64,000 nt of DNA from Syntrophales bacterium (GCA_963665615.2 CAXXQE010000001.1:389151-453150); one strand, 5' to 3'; positions 19,895 through 29,879 are shown, counted from the first letter of the stretch. A program made the numbers and translations. The notes: a model not told the origin generated them from the letters alone.

Positions 19895-20140
19895 ATTGTC
19901 ACCCTGGAATGCGTTCGCTCCCCAAAAGTTTGCTCCGGCTGTACTCGGTCCGTATTTGGTTTCAGGGATCGTCATACCCATCTGGTTCTCGACCTCGACC
20001 CGATCCACATATGCCTTGCGTTCAATTATCGTCTGGTGGCCTGTTCCAGACGAAAGGCAGTGAAGCGCGAGACGCTGGCATGACTGGAAATCTCGGCCCG
20101 ATTCACGCAACGCTATAAGGAACAGATGGATATCGAAAGC
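19895..20140 (+). pseudogene. Degraded ISL3-family transposase N-terminal fragment
   Basis: Frame from 19922 reads PKVCSGC...RDRHTHLVLDLD..HICLAFNYRLVACSRRKAVKRETLA*LEISARFTQRY, resembling the ISL3 zinc-finger/HTH region; in-frame TGA where Trp is expected. Confidence 0.6.
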
Positions 20141-20190
20141 CGACGGGCCCCGCCGTTACTGTTAAAAGCAAAATCTTATTTTTGTCAGAC

Positions 20191-20667
20191 ATGAATTTAT
20201 CAAAAACATACAGCTCTAAAGAATTGCAGTTGATAACCGGTGAAAGCAAACAAAGAATTCAATACTGGATTCTCAATGGAATCATTTCACCCTATGGTCC
20301 AAGCGCCGGAACGGGTACATCCAGGTCTTACTCTTTTGAGAATTTATTGGAGGTGTTAATCGTTCAGACCTTATCTCGTTCGAGGATAGATATAAAAATC
20401 ATCGCGAATATCATGAAACAGGTAAAGCAGGAAAACCCCGAATTCTTCAAATTGGTAAAGTACGAACATGATCTGAACTCGCAGTTCATATTAAGCATTA
20501 ATATAATGCCGGACGGATCAACGCATGTTTCAGTCATTACCCTTAGTGGACTTCAAACAAGTTTTCTGCCTGCGACGTTGGAGACAAAAAACATTGTTAT
20601 TTTAATGAATCTCGATTTTGTCAAAAGCTATTTGTTGGAAAGAGTCGTAAGCTTCGCTGGCAAGTAG
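20191..20667 (+). CDS. MerR-type HTH transcriptional regulator-like protein
   Basis: TYSSKELQLITGESKQRIQYWILNGIISP...GTGTSRSYSFENLLEV matches the MerR HTH pattern. Confidence 0.75.
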   Translation: MNLSKTYSSKELQLITGESKQRIQYWILNGIISPYGPSAGTGTSRSYSFENLLEVLIVQTLSRSRIDIKIIANIMKQVKQENPEFFKLVKYEHDLNSQFILSINIMPDGSTHVSVITLSGLQTSFLPATLETKNIVILMNLDFVKSYLLERVVSFAGK

Positions 20668-20704
20668 TCAGTTCAAAAATAGAAGCTCTGGTATATTGTT
20701 TCAC

Positions 20705-21060
20705 CACGTCAACCGGCGTCATGTCGTCAAGTGAGTCATGCGGCCGGATTTCGTTTTAATCGATCATCCACCAATATGTCATCTTCCGCACCTCTGTCCG
20801 GTATGTCCTGTTAAATCGCTCGATGTAAGCGTTCTGGTTTAGATCGCCGGGTTGGATATGCTGGATCATCATCCCGGCGGATTTAGAACAGGCAACAAAG
20901 GCACGGCTTAAAAATTCCGCGCTATCATCGCCCTGCAGCATATCGGGGAGTCCTCATTCGCTTCGCAGTTGTTCAAAGATCCGGATCAGGCGTCGACAGG
21001 TGGTCGACGTATTCACTTCAACGGCCAGACACGACCGGTTAAAGTCGTCTATATGTTAAA
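20705..21060 (-). pseudogene. Degraded IS3-family transposase (integrase core) fragment
   Basis: Minus strand encodes GD..AEFLS.AF....IQHIQPG..NQNAYIERFNRTYRTEV, and in another frame RPHDSL..MTPV; frameshifted and truncated. Confidence 0.8.
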
Positions 21061-21180
21061 TGTAAGTAATCCTAAGTGCTTGAGCATTACCCGGGCAGTC
21101 GTTTATTGTTGTTTAGTTAAGAGAAAATCCAGATTTTCTTGAGAGACCTCCCAATTACTAACTGTAATCAGAAGCTGAGA

Positions 21181-21225
21181 TGTCCTCTAATGCGGACAAG
21201 TGTCCTGTAAATAGGACATTTGTCC
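21181..21225. promoter_or_regulatory. Putative enhancer (UAS): tandem TGTCC-N8-GGACA palindromes, copy 2
   Basis: TGTCC at 21181, 21201 and 21221 and GGACA at 21194 and 21214; spacers differ from copy 1 while half-sites are kept. Confidence 0.68.
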
Positions 21226-21301
21226 TTTTTTTGGTTATTTGCCTAAAGCCTTATCTTTGTTAATACATTGTTGTTACAGTTAAATTACAGAAGGGTTATT
21301 C

Positions 21302-21317
21302 TGGCGGAAATCTTGCA
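21302..21317 (+). promoter_or_regulatory. Sigma-54 (-24/-12) promoter, transport module copy 2
   Basis: TGGCGGAAATCTTGCA = GG-N10-GC, homologous in position to 12051. Confidence 0.8.
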
Positions 21318-22042
21318 TGGTTACAATTTCTGAAAGAGCAGTGGCGACTTGCAAACAGGCACTCCCCACCCACTTTTTCAATTCCCCGATTTTGTGTCGG
21401 CCATTCACCCTCAGGCTTAAAGCTCGGGGCCGTGGGGATGAGTGGCCGCCCCGAGCAGGAAGAGTTTCTGGCGCAAAGAAGTAGACTTTTCTTGAGTTAA
21501 GGGTTGTGTTTCCGAGTAAGGTTAATTAATAAGTTATTAAACAATAACGGTATATTAGAATCAAATCCTATTAATAAAAAATCAGATCATGTCAGTAAGC
21601 TTGACTCCTTGGGCATTAGCTCGGGGAGTCGTTCCAAGCGAAACATGTCCGGAATGTTGGTAGCCACCTGACAGCCAGGCGCGAAAGGGGCTTCGCTAAC
21701 TCTGTTATAAATCCAAGTTTGTGAATGTTTGTACTTCTTAAAATGTGCATATATGCACATTTGTCTTGAATTGTTCGTGCAGATGAAACGGCTCAATTTG
21801 TAGAAACTATTTATATTAAATAGTTAGCGATTTGGTATGTGCTATGCACGCTTATACCAAAGGTCACTTCTCAGCAATGGCTCAAGAACTATTAAATTAA
21901 TGGAAAGGAGGGTGAAAAATAGGACATTTCGCAAGCTAAGCGAAATGAAAGCGGAAGAGCTAAGTTGTGTGTTTTGTTTTAAAAAAAGCAGGGTATTCCA
22001 CATTTTTCAGAACCATCTATTAATGAAATAAATGGAGGGACA

Positions 22043-23728
22043 ATGAAGAGGAAGCGAATTTACCTGTATGACTGGAAGGGGTTAGGCCTGATAGTAGCTG
22101 TTGCTGCGGCATTTTTGATCTGTGTGGGCGCCGCCGATGCCTTTACAATTAAGACCAATAACGAAAACCTTAAACTTCAATGGGACAATACCTTCAAGTA
22201 TAATTTAGGTATTCGTGCCAAGTCTGCCGATGCGGATCTTCTGGGTACCTATAATTTCGATGACGGTGACCGCAATTTCAGAAGCGGCGGCATTACAACG
22301 AATCGCGTGGACATCTTGTCCGAGTTCAATTTTATTTACAAAGAGGATTACGGATTCAGAATCAGCGCGGCCGGCTGGTACGACCAGCGGTATCGCGATC
22401 CGATGGACAACACCTCGGTGTTAACCTCCAACACGCTCGAAGGGGGCACTGCGGGCAGCGCTCAGACGCTCGGTTTGAGCGATCGTGTCAAGAATTACTA
22501 CAAAGGTCCCTATGGAGAAATCCTCGATGCCTTTGTGTTCGGCAAGTTTGATCTCGGTTCCATCCCGGTGAACATGAAGCTGGGTCGTTTCACCATGTAC
22601 TGGGGCGAGTCCTTCCTGGGCTTCATCAATGCGATTTCCTACTCCCAGTTCCCCGTCGATTTTGCGAAGGCCTTAGGCGTTCCGGGTTCGGAGGTTAAGG
22701 AGTTGTTCATGCCCCGCGGCGCTTTTGCGTTCCAGGCGCAGTTGACCACAACGCTTGGTTTTCAGTTCCAGCAGTTCCTGGAGTTTAATCCGGCGCGCAT
22801 TCCCGAGAGCGGGTCATACCTGGGCGGTGTCGACCTCTATCAGAAGGGCGCTGATCTTTATGTGCTTGCTCCCGGTTTCGGCTTCAAGCATGACAGCGAC
22901 ATCGAACCGGACGGCTTCCACGACTACGGCTTTGCGCTCAACTGGAATCCCGATTTCCTGACGCCGGTGACGGGTAAATTGGGATTTTTCTTCCGTAATT
23001 TTACCGATCAGTTGCCGCAGGTTTATGTTGACGGTCTGAACGGCCAGTTTTTCTTTGTCTATCCCGACAATATCAAGCTCTATGGCGCCAGCGCCAGTTT
23101 TGCCCTGGCCGGTTTCGCTGTCGGTCTGGAGTATAACTACCGTACCAACATGCCCTTGAACAGCACGGGCGCTGTTGTTTTGGGAACGCGTCCCGGCAAG
23201 GGCGATACCGAGCAGGCCCGCGGCGACGTGCATCTGGCGACCCTGAACTTTTTCAAGATATTTGGCCCGACAGCGATTTCCGACTCTGCAACCGGTATCC
23301 TGGAATTCACGTACTGTCATTTGCAGCGTGTCAGCCAGGGCGAGGCCACTTTCAAAGGGCCGGGCAATCCGACCGAGTATACCGCTATCGACCGTGTAAC
23401 CCGGGACGCCCTGGGCGTGGCGATCAGTTACACCCCGACCTGGTTTGCCGTATGGCCGGAGTGGGATTTGTCCCTGCCGTTGAGCTACAGCATCGGTCTT
23501 TTCGGCAGTTCGGCGGTTAACTCCGGCGACGCGGAGGGCAATGGCAGCGGCAAAGTCGGCGTCAGCCTCGACTACAAACAGAAGTATACCTTTTCACTGG
23601 CCTATAATTTCTATTACGGTGATCACGACTTTAATCCTGCTACCGGCACGATGGCGATCCGCGGCGGTTTGCCTGCCACACTGTATGATCGTGACTGGGT
23701 GAGCTTTACATTCAAGACGAATTTCTAG
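22043..23728 (+). CDS. DUF1302-like outer-membrane beta-barrel protein, copy 2
   Basis: Mature region identical to copy 1 from ADAFTIKTNN onward; signal peptide differs. Confidence 0.85.
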   Translation: MKRKRIYLYDWKGLGLIVAVAAAFLICVGAADAFTIKTNNENLKLQWDNTFKYNLGIRAKSADADLLGTYNFDDGDRNFRSGGITTNRVDILSEFNFIYKEDYGFRISAAGWYDQRYRDPMDNTSVLTSNTLEGGTAGSAQTLGLSDRVKNYYKGPYGEILDAFVFGKFDLGSIPVNMKLGRFTMYWGESFLGFINAISYSQFPVDFAKALGVPGSEVKELFMPRGAFAFQAQLTTTLGFQFQQFLEFNPARIPESGSYLGGVDLYQKGADLYVLAPGFGFKHDSDIEPDGFHDYGFALNWNPDFLTPVTGKLGFFFRNFTDQLPQVYVDGLNGQFFFVYPDNIKLYGASASFALAGFAVGLEYNYRTNMPLNSTGAVVLGTRPGKGDTEQARGDVHLATLNFFKIFGPTAISDSATGILEFTYCHLQRVSQGEATFKGPGNPTEYTAIDRVTRDALGVAISYTPTWFAVWPEWDLSLPLSYSIGLFGSSAVNSGDAEGNGSGKVGVSLDYKQKYTFSLAYNFYYGDHDFNPATGTMAIRGGLPATLYDRDWVSFTFKTNF

Positions 23729-23744
23729 TCAGGGAGGGTAAAAC

Positions 23745-25136
23745 ATGACCATGTTATACAAGAAATCTATGAAGATCGCGGTATTGGCGGTTTTCTTGAC
23801 GCTGATATACGCAGGTTGTGTATTTGGCGCGGTGAGCCAGGAAGAAGCCGCGCAGTTGGGAAAGAGCCTGACGCCCTGGGGCGCTGAAGTGGCCGGCAAC
23901 AAGGACGGGTCGATTCCGCCCTACACGGGCGGCCTGACCAAGGCGCCTGCAACTTACGTGGCGGGATCAGGCTGGCGTACGGATCCCTTTGCATCGGAGA
24001 AGCCGCTGTTTACGATCACGGGACAAAATGCGGCGCAATACGCGGGCAAGCTTTCCGCGGGCGCGTTGGCCACGTTGAAAAAGTATCCTGGCTTCTACAT
24101 CAATGTCTATCCGACGCACCGTACAGCCGCCTATCCGGAATATTATCTGAAGGCTTCGATAAAGAATGCAACCAATTGCAAAACACCTGCAAACGGCATG
24201 GGCTATGTCGATCTGGATGCCGGCGCTCCCTTCCCGATTCCGAAAAACGGCAATGAGGTCATCCTGAATCACAACATGCGTTATCTGGGCCCCTCGTGGA
24301 TTACAAGATCTACAACCACCGTTGCCCAGGCGGACGGCAGCTATTACTCCACGGCTGATCCGATCACCATCTGGAACGAACTCCCGCAAATGAATCCAGA
24401 CAGGAACAGGGAAGATGTCAAAGGCGGCTTTTACTGGAAGATCCGCTGGCTGTTTGAAGCGCCGGTCCGTAAAGCCGGCGAGGGCGGCCAGGGGTTGCAC
24501 CATATCATTAACGATCATGTGTTTGGACCGATCCACTATCTGTATCTTCCCGGTCAGCGGCGCGTGAAGCTCGCCCCGGAAGTTTCCTTCGATACCCCGA
24601 ATACGGACGGCGCCGGAACGTGGACTTATGATGAATGCTGGCTGTTCTGCTGCTCGATGCAGCGTTATGATTACAAGCTCATCGGGAAGAAAGAACTGTA
24701 CATTCCGTACAATACCTACAGGCTGACGTATTTCCAGGGTCCCCTGGATCGTATGTACAGCAAGGGATACATCAATCCTGAACTTATTCGTTGGGAATTG
24801 CACCGCGTGTGGGTGGTGGAACTTACCTTGAAGCCCGGCAAGCGTCATATCTACCCGAAGCGGACATTCTATGTGGACGAGGATACCTGGGCGATCCTGG
24901 CCGCGGATGTGTACGATGCCCATGGAAATCAAGTTAAAGCCTCTTTCCAGAATATGACCCAGAGCTATGATATGACCTCCCCGTACACCTATTCCTATAT
25001 GCAGTGGAATTTGTTGTCCGGCGTGTCGTCCCATGCATACTATCATAGAAAAGAAAACGGGTTCATGAAGCCGATGGAGAACAAGCCGGAAGCGTGGTGG
25101 GCCCCGGATAACCTGGCAGGAAAGGGATTGCGTTAA
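23745..25136 (+). CDS. DUF1329-like exported protein, copy 2 (divergent paralogue)
   Basis: Same motifs and length (463 aa) as copy 1; about 95 substitutions by manual count. Confidence 0.88.
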   Translation: MTMLYKKSMKIAVLAVFLTLIYAGCVFGAVSQEEAAQLGKSLTPWGAEVAGNKDGSIPPYTGGLTKAPATYVAGSGWRTDPFASEKPLFTITGQNAAQYAGKLSAGALATLKKYPGFYINVYPTHRTAAYPEYYLKASIKNATNCKTPANGMGYVDLDAGAPFPIPKNGNEVILNHNMRYLGPSWITRSTTTVAQADGSYYSTADPITIWNELPQMNPDRNREDVKGGFYWKIRWLFEAPVRKAGEGGQGLHHIINDHVFGPIHYLYLPGQRRVKLAPEVSFDTPNTDGAGTWTYDECWLFCCSMQRYDYKLIGKKELYIPYNTYRLTYFQGPLDRMYSKGYINPELIRWELHRVWVVELTLKPGKRHIYPKRTFYVDEDTWAILAADVYDAHGNQVKASFQNMTQSYDMTSPYTYSYMQWNLLSGVSSHAYYHRKENGFMKPMENKPEAWWAPDNLAGKGLR

Positions 25137-25164
25137 GAAGAGAGTGGTAGTCACATAAGAGATA

Positions 25165-25209
25165 ATGGGCAGGCACGCGCGGCAAGGATAGACAGGCGTG
25201 CCTGCCCAT
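25165..25209 (+). terminator. Intercistronic stem-loop, copy 2
   Basis: Identical to 16018-16062. Confidence 0.6.
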
Positions 25210-25306
25210 GCCTTTAATGAGGTGATGATCTGGGGCTAAAGGGAAGAGTGCGATGATCGATATAAAATTGCAAAGAAATGAGGGCACAGGCCCTGGGAGA
25301 AGAAAG

Positions 25307-26392
25307 ATGTACCGAAAAATGATCAATGTGGTGCTGGTAATTATTTGCTTCGCAATGCAGTGTGCTGTTGCAGCTGCAGCTATTCAGGATGTTCTTGAAT
25401 CCCCGGCGATAATAGATCCTGCAGCCCAGAAGAGTTTATTCAACGGTATTACGCTGGCCGGCAAGCGCCTGGTTGCCGTTGGTCAAGCCGGAACGATTCT
25501 CTATTCGGATGATGCAGGCAAGACGTGGGTTCAGGGCAAAGTGCCTGTCAGTGCGGACCTGGTTGCCGTGAATTTCCCGACGCCGAAGCTGGGTTGGGCG
25601 GTGGGTCATGACGGCATTGTGCTTCATAGTTCCGATGCCGGTGCCTCATGGGTTAAACAATTGGACAGCCGTGCGGTGGTTAAATTGATCGTCGATTATT
25701 ATAAAGCCCATCCGCCCAAAAACGTTCCGGGGGGCGCCGAATCAGTGGCGCAATTCCAGTCCGATATGAGTGCATTTGCGATGCCGGATGAGAAGGCGCC
25801 CAATAAATCCTTTTTGGACGTCTACTTTGAGAACGAAACCACCGGCTTCATCGTCGGCTCCTTCAGTCTGATCCTCCGCACGACCGATGGCGGGAAAAGC
25901 TGGGAACCGTGGTGTGACCGCACAGATGATATCCTGAAGCATCCGCATCTATACTCTGTTCGACCCGTTGGTGAGGATATATTTATGACCGGCGAGCAGG
26001 GCCTGTTGATGAAGCTGGACCGGAAAACCTCGCGACTCCGGACGGTCAAGACGTCGTATAACGGCACTTATTTTGGCATTGTCGGCGGTAAAGGGATCAT
26101 GCTGGCTTACGGGATGCGTGGAAACGTCTATAAGAGCGCCGACAGGGGAGCGAGCTGGAAGAAAATCGATACCAATGTGATGACAGGCCTGATGGGTTCG
26201 ACGACGACACCGGATGGACGGATCATCGTGGTGAGTCAGAGTGGCGATGTTCTTATGAGCAAGGGCGATGGTCTGGGTTTTGATCATGTAAAGATGGATA
26301 GTGTGTTCCCCGCCGCAGCTGTTGCAGCCGCCGACAAAGAGACCATTGTGCTTGCCGGCTTCGGGGGCCTTCTGGTCAAGAAATTGAAATAA
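25307..26392 (+). CDS. YCF48-related/BNR-repeat beta-propeller protein, copy 2 (ORF open from 25253)
   Basis: Translation identical to copy 1. Confidence 0.88.
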   Translation: MYRKMINVVLVIICFAMQCAVAAAAIQDVLESPAIIDPAAQKSLFNGITLAGKRLVAVGQAGTILYSDDAGKTWVQGKVPVSADLVAVNFPTPKLGWAVGHDGIVLHSSDAGASWVKQLDSRAVVKLIVDYYKAHPPKNVPGGAESVAQFQSDMSAFAMPDEKAPNKSFLDVYFENETTGFIVGSFSLILRTTDGGKSWEPWCDRTDDILKHPHLYSVRPVGEDIFMTGEQGLLMKLDRKTSRLRTVKTSYNGTYFGIVGGKGIMLAYGMRGNVYKSADRGASWKKIDTNVMTGLMGSTTTPDGRIIVVSQSGDVLMSKGDGLGFDHVKMDSVFPAAAVAAADKETIVLAGFGGLLVKKLK

Positions 26393-26403
26393 CGGAGAAT
26401 AAC

Positions 26404-28842
26404 ATGGCTATAGCAAAACAAGAAATAGATAATATGCCGGTTGTCAAGGATATCAAGGACTTTGACACCTCATCGGGGAACAAACTGGAACGCCTTATCT
26501 TTAATCATCGTCATTTGATGATCATTGCCTGTTTGATCGTAACGCTGCTTCTCGGGTATCAGACGACGAAGCTCAAGCTCAATGCGAGCTTCGAGAAGAT
26601 GCTTCCGCAGAGCAGTCAGTACATCAAGAATTATCTGGCCAACAAGAGTCAGCTGGCGGGCCTCGGCAATACGATCAGAATCGCGGTAGAGGCCACTCAG
26701 GGAGACATCTTTGATGCCCAGTATCTGGAAACGCTCAAGCAGATCAATGATGAGGTCTATCTTACGCCCGGTGTGGATCGCACCTGGCAGAAATCGCTCT
26801 GGATGCCGGTTGTGCGCTGGAACGCCGTTACCGAAGAAGGTTTCGAAGCCGGTCCGGTCATGAATGACGGTTATGACGGATCGCCCGCAAGCTTGCAGCA
26901 AGTGAAGTTGAATGTCGCCCGTGCCTCGATTGTCGGCAATCTGGTTGCGGACAACTACAAGTCGAGCATGATTTTGACTTCTCTCCTGGAAAAGGACGCT
27001 CTCGGCAAACGCCTTGATTACAGAGCATTCTCACATAACCTGGAAAAAATCAGGCAAAAGTATGAGGCGGCCTCAAAAGGCAGAGTCAAGATCCACATCA
27101 CCGGTTTTGCCAAAATCGTGGGCGATTTGATTGACGGTTTAATGCAGGTCATGACCTTTTTCCTGTTTGCCATTGTCATCGCCGCGATCATCATTTTTAT
27201 CTTTACCCGGTGTATCCGCAGTACGGTTCTGCTGATCTGCTGTTCCGCCCTGGCGGTCCTTTGGCAGTTGGGGATTATTACAATCCTTGGCTTTGAACTC
27301 GATCCCTACTCGATTCTGGTGCCCTTCCTGGTGTTTGCCATTGCCGTATCGCACGGCACCCAGAAGATGAACGGGATCATGCAGGACGTCGGTCGCGGCA
27401 CGCACAAGCTGGTGGCTGCGCGTTACACCTTCCGCCGTCTCTTTTTGCCGGGCCTGACCGCGCTTTCAGCCGCGGCGGTTGGATTTGCCGTTTTGATGCG
27501 GATCGATATTCCGGTTATTCGCGACCTGGCACTGACGGCGAGCGTCGGTGTTTTCGTCGTGATCTTCACGAACCTGATTCTTCTTCCGGTGCTTCTGTCG
27601 TATGTCGGTGTGAGTCCTAAAGCTGCTCAAAGAAGTTTGCGACAGGAGAGCGAAGAATCTGAAGGGAAGAAGGCCGGGGCGGTATGGAATTTCCTCGATC
27701 GGTTTGGATCGGATAAAAAGTGGGCCGTTGGGGCACTCGTTGCCCTGGTTGTTCTGGCCGTTATCGGTTCCATTATCGGCGCCAATGTCAAGATCGGCGA
27801 CCTGGATCCGGGAGCGCCTGAGCTGCGGCCGAACTCGCGTTACAACAAGGACAATGCTTATCTCAATGCCAACTATGGGCTTTCCAGCGACCAGTTTGCG
27901 GTAATCGTCAAGACCCCGCCGGAGGGGTGTTTGAAGTACGATACGTTGATAGAGGTCGACCGCCTTGCCCGCGTGTTGCGACAGGTTCCCGGGGTGCAGA
28001 TCGTTAACGCCCTGCCGGATGCTGCGCGCGTGTTGATTTCTGCCTCCTACGAGGGGAATTCAAAGTGGTTTACCATTACCCGGAATCAGAGCGAGTTGAA
28101 TTACGGTGTTCAGGTAGCCCGCTCGAATAATAACGATCTGTTCAATAACGAAGCCACCGTCATGCCGGTGATTGCTTATCTGGCAGATCACAAGGCCGAT
28201 ACGCTTACGCGCGTGGTGAATGCGGCAGATGCTTTTGCAGCAAAGCACAGCAACAAGGACCGGCAGATTATGCTGGCAGCCGGTAATGCCGGGATCGATG
28301 CGGCGACGAACATCGTTGTCAAGAGAGAAAACCGCATCATGATGGGCTACGTATACCTGGCCGTTATCGCACTTTGCTTCATCACCTTCCGTAACTGGCG
28401 GGCCGTGCTGGTAGCGATCATCCCGCTGGTTCTCACCTCGATTCTCTGTGAGGCCCTCATGGTGATATTGGGAATCGGCGTCAAGGTGGCCACGCTCCCG
28501 GTTATTGCGCTGGGCGTCGGCATTGGCGTGGACTATGCGCTCTATCTCCTCAGCGTGCAGCTGATGCATATGCGCAATGGCCTTTCGCTCAGCGTTGCTT
28601 ACAAACGTGCGGTTCAGTTCACCGGCAAAGTGGTTGCGCTGGTCGGTATCACGCTGGCAAGCGCCGTCGTCACCTGGGCGTGGTCGCCGATCAAATTCCA
28701 GGCGGACATGGGGATTCTGCTTTCGTTCATGTTCTTCTATAACATGATCGGTGCGCTCGTATTTATTCCGGCATTGTCGCGTTTCATATTAGGCAAGGCC
28801 GATGCATCAGGCCAGGTCTATCTCAAGGGCCTGAAAAAATAA
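26404..28842 (+). CDS. MMPL/RND-family transporter, copy 2
   Basis: Translation identical to copy 1. Confidence 0.92.
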   Translation: MAIAKQEIDNMPVVKDIKDFDTSSGNKLERLIFNHRHLMIIACLIVTLLLGYQTTKLKLNASFEKMLPQSSQYIKNYLANKSQLAGLGNTIRIAVEATQGDIFDAQYLETLKQINDEVYLTPGVDRTWQKSLWMPVVRWNAVTEEGFEAGPVMNDGYDGSPASLQQVKLNVARASIVGNLVADNYKSSMILTSLLEKDALGKRLDYRAFSHNLEKIRQKYEAASKGRVKIHITGFAKIVGDLIDGLMQVMTFFLFAIVIAAIIIFIFTRCIRSTVLLICCSALAVLWQLGIITILGFELDPYSILVPFLVFAIAVSHGTQKMNGIMQDVGRGTHKLVAARYTFRRLFLPGLTALSAAAVGFAVLMRIDIPVIRDLALTASVGVFVVIFTNLILLPVLLSYVGVSPKAAQRSLRQESEESEGKKAGAVWNFLDRFGSDKKWAVGALVALVVLAVIGSIIGANVKIGDLDPGAPELRPNSRYNKDNAYLNANYGLSSDQFAVIVKTPPEGCLKYDTLIEVDRLARVLRQVPGVQIVNALPDAARVLISASYEGNSKWFTITRNQSELNYGVQVARSNNNDLFNNEATVMPVIAYLADHKADTLTRVVNAADAFAAKHSNKDRQIMLAAGNAGIDAATNIVVKRENRIMMGYVYLAVIALCFITFRNWRAVLVAIIPLVLTSILCEALMVILGIGVKVATLPVIALGVGIGVDYALYLLSVQLMHMRNGLSLSVAYKRAVQFTGKVVALVGITLASAVVTWAWSPIKFQADMGILLSFMFFYNMIGALVFIPALSRFILGKADASGQVYLKGLKK

Positions 28843-28861
28843 TATACCACTATTCGGCACG

Positions 28862-28893
28862 CTTCCCGGAAGGTGAGAATGACTTCCGGGAAG
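28862..28893 (+). terminator. Stem-loop after the RND gene, copy 2
   Basis: CTTCCCGGAAG ... CTTCCGGGAAG inverted repeat. Confidence 0.55.
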
Positions 28894-29048
28894 AGCTAGC
28901 CTTAAGCAATATAGACAAACTTTGACGCTTTGTTTGATATTTTGTGGAAGAATTACAAAGTAAGGTGAGGTTTTTCCGCGGCCTTGATCGATGTGAAAAA
29001 GCGTTAAAATTGTTTAACGTGCTCATTAAACTCTATCGGAGAAAACGT

Positions 29049-29879
29049 ATGAGATCACTTGCTGGGAAAAGAGCTGTCGTTACTGGCGGCGCCATGGGGA
29101 TTGGACTTGCGACAGTCAGGCGGCTTGTCAAGGAAGGTGTCACTGTTGCGATATGGGATATCAATGATAAGGCCATGGCGGAAGTCGAAAACGAGTTCAA
29201 GGAAGTGAAGGACAGAGTATTTATTTACAAGTGTGATATCACAAAAAAGGAAATGGTCAAAGAGAGCGCCGATAAAACCAAAAAGGATATTGGCCCGGTT
29301 GATATTCTGATTAACAATGCCGGATCTGCTATCGGCGGCAGATTTTGTGATAAGTCTCTAGAGCAGTGGGACTGGCTTACGCAAATCAATCTCAATTCTT
29401 TGTACTATACAACGTATGAATTTCTCCCGGATATGTATGAACGCAATACCGGCCACATCGTCAATGTATCGTCTGGCGCCGGCGTTTTGGGGCTGGCGAA
29501 TCTTGCCGTGTACTGTGCAACGAAGTTTGCCGTATATGGCTTCACTGAGGCCCTGCGAATTGAGGCCATGACCGACAAAAAAAATATTGTCTTCTCTTCA
29601 ATTCACCCGGGCCTGATCAAAACGGGCCTTTTTGAAGGCGGAAAATTTAATTTCCTGGGCAATCTCATTTTCCCGCTGCTCGAATCACATGACAAGATTG
29701 GAGAGGTGATTGTCAACAAAGCACTCAAGAAAAACAAGGTCACTGTCTTGAGGCCCTTTACGATCAGAAGCGGTTTCTGGTTGAGGGCTATCATGTCAGA
29801 CAAACTTCTTTGCAGGATCGTAATAATGGCAGGGGGCGGCACGATGATGTCCAAGTGGACCGGGCATGGATCAAAATAG
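29049..29879 (+). CDS. Short-chain dehydrogenase/reductase (SDR)
   Basis: TGGAMGIG, NNAG, NVSS, YCATK; likely start is the ATG at 29049 (ORF open from 28944). Confidence 0.92.
   Translation: MRSLAGKRAVVTGGAMGIGLATVRRLVKEGVTVAIWDINDKAMAEVENEFKEVKDRVFIYKCDITKKEMVKESADKTKKDIGPVDILINNAGSAIGGRFCDKSLEQWDWLTQINLNSLYYTTYEFLPDMYERNTGHIVNVSSGAGVLGLANLAVYCATKFAVYGFTEALRIEAMTDKKNIVFSSIHPGLIKTGLFEGGKFNFLGNLIFPLLESHDKIGEVIVNKALKKNKVTVLRPFTIRSGFWLRAIMSDKLLCRIVIMAGGGTMMSKWTGHGSK

Larger units (their letters stand above)
21180..28869 (+). repeat. Segmental duplication, copy 2
   Basis: See copy 1; the YCF48 and RND translations are identical in the ORF track and scattered synonymous SNPs are visible. Confidence 0.97.

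Noticed and set aside
19751..20118. ORFs 19751-20110 (-) and 19909-20118 (+) as real genes; in-frame TGA near 20081 as selenocysteine
   Set aside because: Better explained as a decayed ISL3 fragment in a third frame; the TGA falls where Trp is expected, not Cys
21837..22031. Leader peptide upstream of DUF1302 copy 2 (and ORF 12343-12624 in copy 1)
   Set aside because: Not conserved between the two homologous leaders: frameshifts, and the copy 1 ORF runs through a repeat insertion
23967..25154. Long antisense ORFs (395 aa here; also 14583-15410, 34243-35226, 38335-39165, 57102-58025, 62790-63539)
   Set aside because: They shadow well-supported genes, have no motifs and are typical of GC-rich codon bias; the two opposite the DUF1329 paralogues are not conserved in length
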